Origin: the human T2T-CHM13v2.0 reference genome, Homo sapiens
Direction of reading: 5' to 3'
DNA length: 64,000 nt
NCBI GenBank assembly: GCA_009914755.4
Contig: CP068257.2
Location: forward strand, 41,184,001 to 41,248,000
Shown: piece after piece, positions 62,463 through 64,000 of the stretch
Position numbering within the stretch: position 1 is the stretch's first letter
How the letters are laid out: every line of letters starts with the position of its first letter
Program-made: the position numbers and the translations under genes
The notes under the pieces: model-generated
The model's database searches: none
What the model was told of the DNA's origin: nothing
What the model saw: the letters and a program-made list of their open reading frames with translations, nothing else

Positions 62463-63486
62463 AGAATCAGAGCATTAAAGTGGTTCAACTAACACAAGCT
62501 TTAGAAAAAGTGAGCAAGAGGCAGGGGTAGAGAACAGAAGGTAATCATGTAAGAAAATGCCCCAGGTGGGAGGACACTGAAAATCACTGGCTGTGTGGCC
62601 AACTCCCCTCTGGGGCCCACCAAGTCACCTCAGTGGCTTTCACATCGCACACTGGAGCAGAGAAAGTCCTCCAGGCAGAAGGAGAGCCCAGCTGTCACCC
62701 CACGGACCCACGGCAGACAGCTGCAGGTTTCTACAGGAAGCGCGCGGGAAAACCCACAGGAGCAACCAGCTGGAGAGCACACTGTGCAAGGCCTCCCAAG
62801 CTCCGAGGGAAACCGTTTCAACCAGGACTTCTACGCCAAACTAACAACCAGGCCTCAAAGGAGATTAAAGGTATTTCCAGAAAAGCAAAGTCAGAAAACA
62901 CTGACCCTCCTCGCGCCTTTTGGCAGCTACCAGATGACGTGTTCCACTCAAACAAAGCAGTAAGCCATGAGGGACAGATGGGGCCTGGGGAGGCTTCTCT
63001 GCCCGTGGAAGATTTTCCTCATATTATGAAAAAGACTGGAAGGTGCACAACAAACCGCTGACGAAGCCTGACCCTGACCCTGACCCTCTGGAGATTATGG
63101 CCACACTTTTCTTCTTCTCTCAGGTCGCGTGGCTGTGTGTTAATTTGAAGAGCAGGAACAGGAGGCTGTGAATGAAGCCCAATCAGAGAAGAAACATAGA
63201 AGCGGCCAGAAGGTCCATCAGCCATCCTGCCACACCACACAAAGGACCAACACAGACAACACAGGGAAGGACAGCGAAGAGGAAGGTGGTGGTGTGCGGG
63301 CAACAATTCCGCAAGAGGACAGAATCAGACCCTGTGAGGAATCCAAGGCCCTCACTTTGGCAAAATCACTAACAATCCTTCTAACACATTCCTTAGAGAA
63401 AACACGTCTCTCATCACTAAACTGTAAGGCTTCCAGGACCCAATTGCTGGGACACAGAAGCTGTACCCAACAAGCAAAAATGCACT

Positions 63487-63652
63487 GTGGTAACCCGGGT
63501 GCGGGCGCTCGAGCCTGTGGTCCCAGCTACTTGGGAGGCCAAGGAGGCAGATCGCTTGAGCCCAGGAGTTTGAAACCAGCCTGAAAAATGTAGCAACACC
63601 CCATCTTAAAAAAAAAGAAAGAAAGAAAAAAAGGAAAGAAAAGGAAAAAAAA
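63487..63652 (+). mobile_element. Alu fragment with A/GA-rich tail
   Basis: gcgggcgctcgagcctgtggtcccagctacttgggaggccaaggaggcagatcgcttgagcccaggagtttgaaaccagcctg...aaaaaaaaagaaagaaagaaaaaaagg. Confidence 0.75.
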
Positions 63653-64000
63653 TGCAGCCCATAATGGGATGGACTGAGACCCCTCCAAGAGTCAGAGAAG
63701 CCCCCGTCTACTGTTTCTACCTGAGATCCTGATCCCCGATACCATCGTAGATGCAGCAGCCGCCCTCAGAAGGGAGCCTTCCACACACCCGTGCTAGTTC
63801 ATCCCACAGGCGAACACACACGCACCTACGCACACCCCACACGCAGTCCTGAGTGAGCGGCCGCAGGCGGGGAGCGAGCCGCAGGCAGCTCTAAGATCTA
63901 GTGGACAGCCACAGCCAGCCAGGGGCCAGCGATCCACAGGGGCCAGGTCCAGGAGGCGCCCACCCCACCCTCCCTGCAGGCTCAAGAATCCAGAGGTGAG

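Noticed and set aside
60150-64000. Additional upstream exons of the WD-repeat gene
   Set aside because: I found no segment with both convincing splice sites and protein-like translation. The remaining 5' exons probably lie beyond the window end, so none is called.

Overview
This window is human (primate) nuclear DNA, not a prokaryotic locus. At least 45 Alu SINEs are present, most with poly-A tails and several with target-site duplications (TSDs). There are no CRISPR arrays, operons, tRNA or rRNA genes.

The first ~52 kb is repeat-dense intergenic sequence:
- A ~5.7 kb HERV-H provirus lies on the minus strand at 5423-11150. It has two LTR7 LTRs, a tRNA-His primer binding site, a 5-bp TSD 'gtatc' and a degenerate gag-pro-pol interior with recognisable RT and RNase H motifs.
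- An old, nearly full-length L1 spans 24480-33985. Its 3' ~2.5 kb is inverted in place.
- Other repeats include older L1 fragments, ERV LTR-like repeats, a MITE-like DNA transposon fossil and several micro- and minisatellites.

The last ~12 kb is GC-rich. On the minus strand it carries the five terminal coding exons of a WD-repeat gene. I recognise the peptides (…[33 protein letters not shown] / [22 protein letters not shown] / …[14 protein letters not shown]… / [24 protein letters not shown] / [40 protein letters not shown]…LSC*) as WDR4, the tRNA m7G methyltransferase subunit on human 21q22.3. All splice sites are canonical GT/AG and the phases are consistent. A ~0.73 kb CpG-rich ~33-bp minisatellite sits in the putative 3'UTR.

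I found no convincing novel biological system. The findings below are structural oddities worth checking. All identities rest on reading the sequence and on memory, with no database search.
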